DNA of 32,000 nt from Desulfobulbus propionicus DSM 2032 (GTDB lineage: Bacteria > Desulfobacterota > Desulfobulbia > Desulfobulbales > Desulfobulbaceae): NCBI RefSeq assembly GCF_000186885.1, contig NC_014972.1, forward strand, positions 1,920,001 through 1,952,000. The letters run 5' to 3'. The notes under the pieces are model-generated. The model saw only the letters and a program-made list of their open reading frames with translations, did not search any database and had not been told where the DNA came from. A program made the position numbers and the translations under genes. Positions 30,036-32,000 of the stretch are shown here, in pieces (positions within the stretch are counted from its first letter, which is position 1; each line of letters begins with the position of its first letter).

Positions 30036-32000
30036 TTAGAACCGCTCGAATTCCTCGTCCAGGTGATCCGCACCGCCCGTGACACCCAGGTCGAGCTGGA
30101 TACCCGTTTCGGCCTGGGCCTGACGGACCGGTTTGCCCGGTTTTTCCACAGCTACCTTGACCGCGCCGGCGTTCTTGGGCAGGGGCGCGGGAGCGATGAA
30201 CGGCTGCTGGGCACGAACCGGCTGCACCGCTGCCGTCACCCGCCGCTGTCGGCCGGTGTCCAGGGTAAAGAAGGCGATGGTGGCCTTGAGCTGCTCGGCC
30301 TGACTGGACAGTTCCTCGGTGGTCGAGGCCATTTCCTCGGCCGCGCCCGCGTTCTGCTGAATCACCTGATCCAGCTGCTGGATGGCCTTGTTGATCTGGT
30401 CGGCGCCGGTATCCTGCTCCTTGCTCGAAGCGCTGATCTCCTGGACCAGTTCGGCAGTCTTCTGGATATCGGGCAGCATCTTGCCCAGCATCTCGCCGGC
30501 CTGCTCGGCAATAGCCACGCTGGAAGTGGACAGCTGGCTGATCTCGCCTGCCGCCGACTGGCTCCGTTCCGCCAGTTTGCGCACCTCGGAGGCCACCACC
30601 GCGAATCCCTTGCCGTGCTCGCCGGCCCGCGCCGCCTCGATGGCCGCGTTGAGGGCGAGCAGATTGGTCTGACGGGCGATCTCCTCGATGATCGAAATCT
30701 TGGTGGCGATCTGTTTCATGGCCGAGACGGTTTCGGTCACCGCCTTGCCGCCCTCGCGGGCATCGGACGCGCTCTTGACCGCGATTTTTTCCGTCTGCAT
30801 GGCGTTGTCGGTGTTCTGGCGGATGTTGGACGCCATCTGCTCCATGCTCGACGAGACCTCCTCGGCGCTGGCCGCCTGCTCGGTCGCGCCTTGCGACATC
30901 TGCTGGGCGGTAGCGGACATCTCCTGGGCGCCGGTGGCCACGTTGTCGGCCGCAGCCTGCACCTCGGTGACCACCTCTTTCAGTTTGTCCACCATGGTGG
31001 ACAGGGAGACCATCAATTCATCGTTGTCGGAACGCTTCTTCAACTCGACCATCAGGTTGCCCTGGGCGACCTGCTTGGCGTTGGCGGCGATGTTGTTGAT
31101 GGCCTCGATCAACAGGTTGAGGTTGTTCTTGATTTGATTGTACTGCCCTTTATAGACATCGGTGATCAGCGGCGGCATGTCGCCCTTGGATACCCTGTCG
31201 ACATAGTCGGCGGTGACCCGCAGGGGGTTGACGATGTTGGTGACCGTGTCGTTGACCCCGACCACCAGGGTGTTCCAGCCGCCGACAAAGAGCGAGGCAT
31301 CGGCGCGTTTGTCCAACTCGCCGTCGGCGGCCGCCTTGATCAACAGGTCGGTCTGGGCGAGCAGGTCGGTCATCATCCGCACCATGTTGTTGAGATTGTC
31401 CTTGATCTGGTTGAAATCGCCGTTGTAGTTGGCGGTGATCGCCGGCGGAATGACGCCCTTGGCAATCTGGTCGACATACTCGGCAGCCACGTTCAAGGGG
31501 GTAATCACCGCATCCAGGGTGTCGTTGACCCCAACCACGATCTTCTGAAAATCCCCCTGGTGACGGGAGACGTCGGCGCGGGTGGCGAGCCGGCCTTCCA
31601 CGGCGGCGGTGGCCAGCATGTTGGCATCGTCGACCAGGGCCTGGATGGTGGCCACCATCTTCTTCATTGCCGCCATGACGCTGGTGGTGTCGCCGCTGGC
31701 GAGCACGATATCGTGCGACAGATCGCCGACCGCCACCGTGTTGGCAATTTCCCCCACCTGTTTCGGATCGCCGCCCAGTTGGCGCAGGACAATGCGGGCA
31801 ATGAACAGACCCAGGCCAATGGCCAGCACCACTCCGACCACCGCCAGCACGGTCATGATGATATTGGCGCTCTTGGCGGTGGCGCTGTTTTCAATCGAGG
31901 TCAGATTGCCCTGCTCTATCTTTGCCTCCATGAGCTTGTCGATGATGTTCTGTTCTTCTAGGGCGGCTTTCACCACCTCCCCTTGGAGCAGGGCGGTGGC
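30036..32000 (-). CDS. Methyl-accepting chemotaxis protein, N-terminus beyond the window
   Basis: TM segment, tandem HAMP-like repeats ([13 protein letters not shown] / [13 protein letters not shown]), signalling hairpin [43 protein letters not shown]. The frame stays open at the right edge. Confidence 0.95.
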   Translation of the reverse strand, partial: ATALLQGEVVKAALEEQNIIDKLMEAKIEQGNLTSIENSATAKSANIIMTVLAVVGVVLAIGLGLFIARIVLRQLGGDPKQVGEIANTVAVGDLSHDIVLASGDTTSVMAAMKKMVATIQALVDDANMLATAAVEGRLATRADVSRHQGDFQKIVVGVNDTLDAVITPLNVAAEYVDQIAKGVIPPAITANYNGDFNQIKDNLNNMVRMMTDLLAQTDLLIKAAADGELDKRADASLFVGGWNTLVVGVNDTVTNIVNPLRVTADYVDRVSKGDMPPLITDVYKGQYNQIKNNLNLLIEAINNIAANAKQVAQGNLMVELKKRSDNDELMVSLSTMVDKLKEVVTEVQAAADNVATGAQEMSATAQQMSQGATEQAASAEEVSSSMEQMASNIRQNTDNAMQTEKIAVKSASDAREGGKAVTETVSAMKQIATKISIIEEIARQTNLLALNAAIEAARAGEHGKGFAVVASEVRKLAERSQSAAGEISQLSTSSVAIAEQAGEMLGKMLPDIQKTAELVQEISASSKEQDTGADQINKAIQQLDQVIQQNAGAAEEMASTTEELSSQAEQLKATIAFFTLDTGRQRRVTAAVQPVRAQQPFIAPAPLPKNAGAVKVAVEKPGKPVRQAQAETGIQLDLGVTGGADHLDEEFERF

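Noticed and set aside
30063-31961. 632-aa plus-strand ORF, Leu/Gly/His-rich
   Set aside because: Antisense to the MCP; its pseudo-repeats mirror the MCP repeats.

Overview
The window looks like a GC-rich bacterial chromosome, probably an anaerobic Desulfobacterota-like organism (an inference from gene content). It holds a complete Tn3-family transposon and a large signal-transduction/chemotaxis region. The transposon spans 4491-13743 (9,253 bp). It has 38-bp terminal inverted repeats matching at 36/38 positions and is flanked by a perfect 5-bp target duplication, CTAGA (4486-4490 and 13744-13748). It encodes TnpA and TnpR with a recognisable res site. Its cargo is compact: a ChrB-N-like protein, an MFS transporter, a NifU-like scaffold, a GGGtGRT protein, CrcB and DUF190, plus a protein-prenyltransferase/terpene-cyclase-like repeat protein whose start overlaps the tnpR stop. 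Immediately right of the transposon the ORF track misses a gene: a 66-residue thioredoxin-like UXX-star-type selenoprotein with an in-frame UGA (minus strand, 13753-13953) and a plausible bacterial SECIS hairpin. The left flank carries a phospholipase D-type cardiolipin synthase, a metallophosphoesterase, a C-GCAxxG-C-C family protein with a clear intrinsic terminator, a hypothetical protein and a flavodoxin-like protein. The right flank carries a sigma-54 response regulator (GSFTGA variant), four multi-PAS/REC signalling genes joined by successive ATGA overlaps, a 5TM hybrid kinase, and cheB/cheD/cheR/cheW plus an MCP ending in a putative CheR-docking pentapeptide (EFERF).
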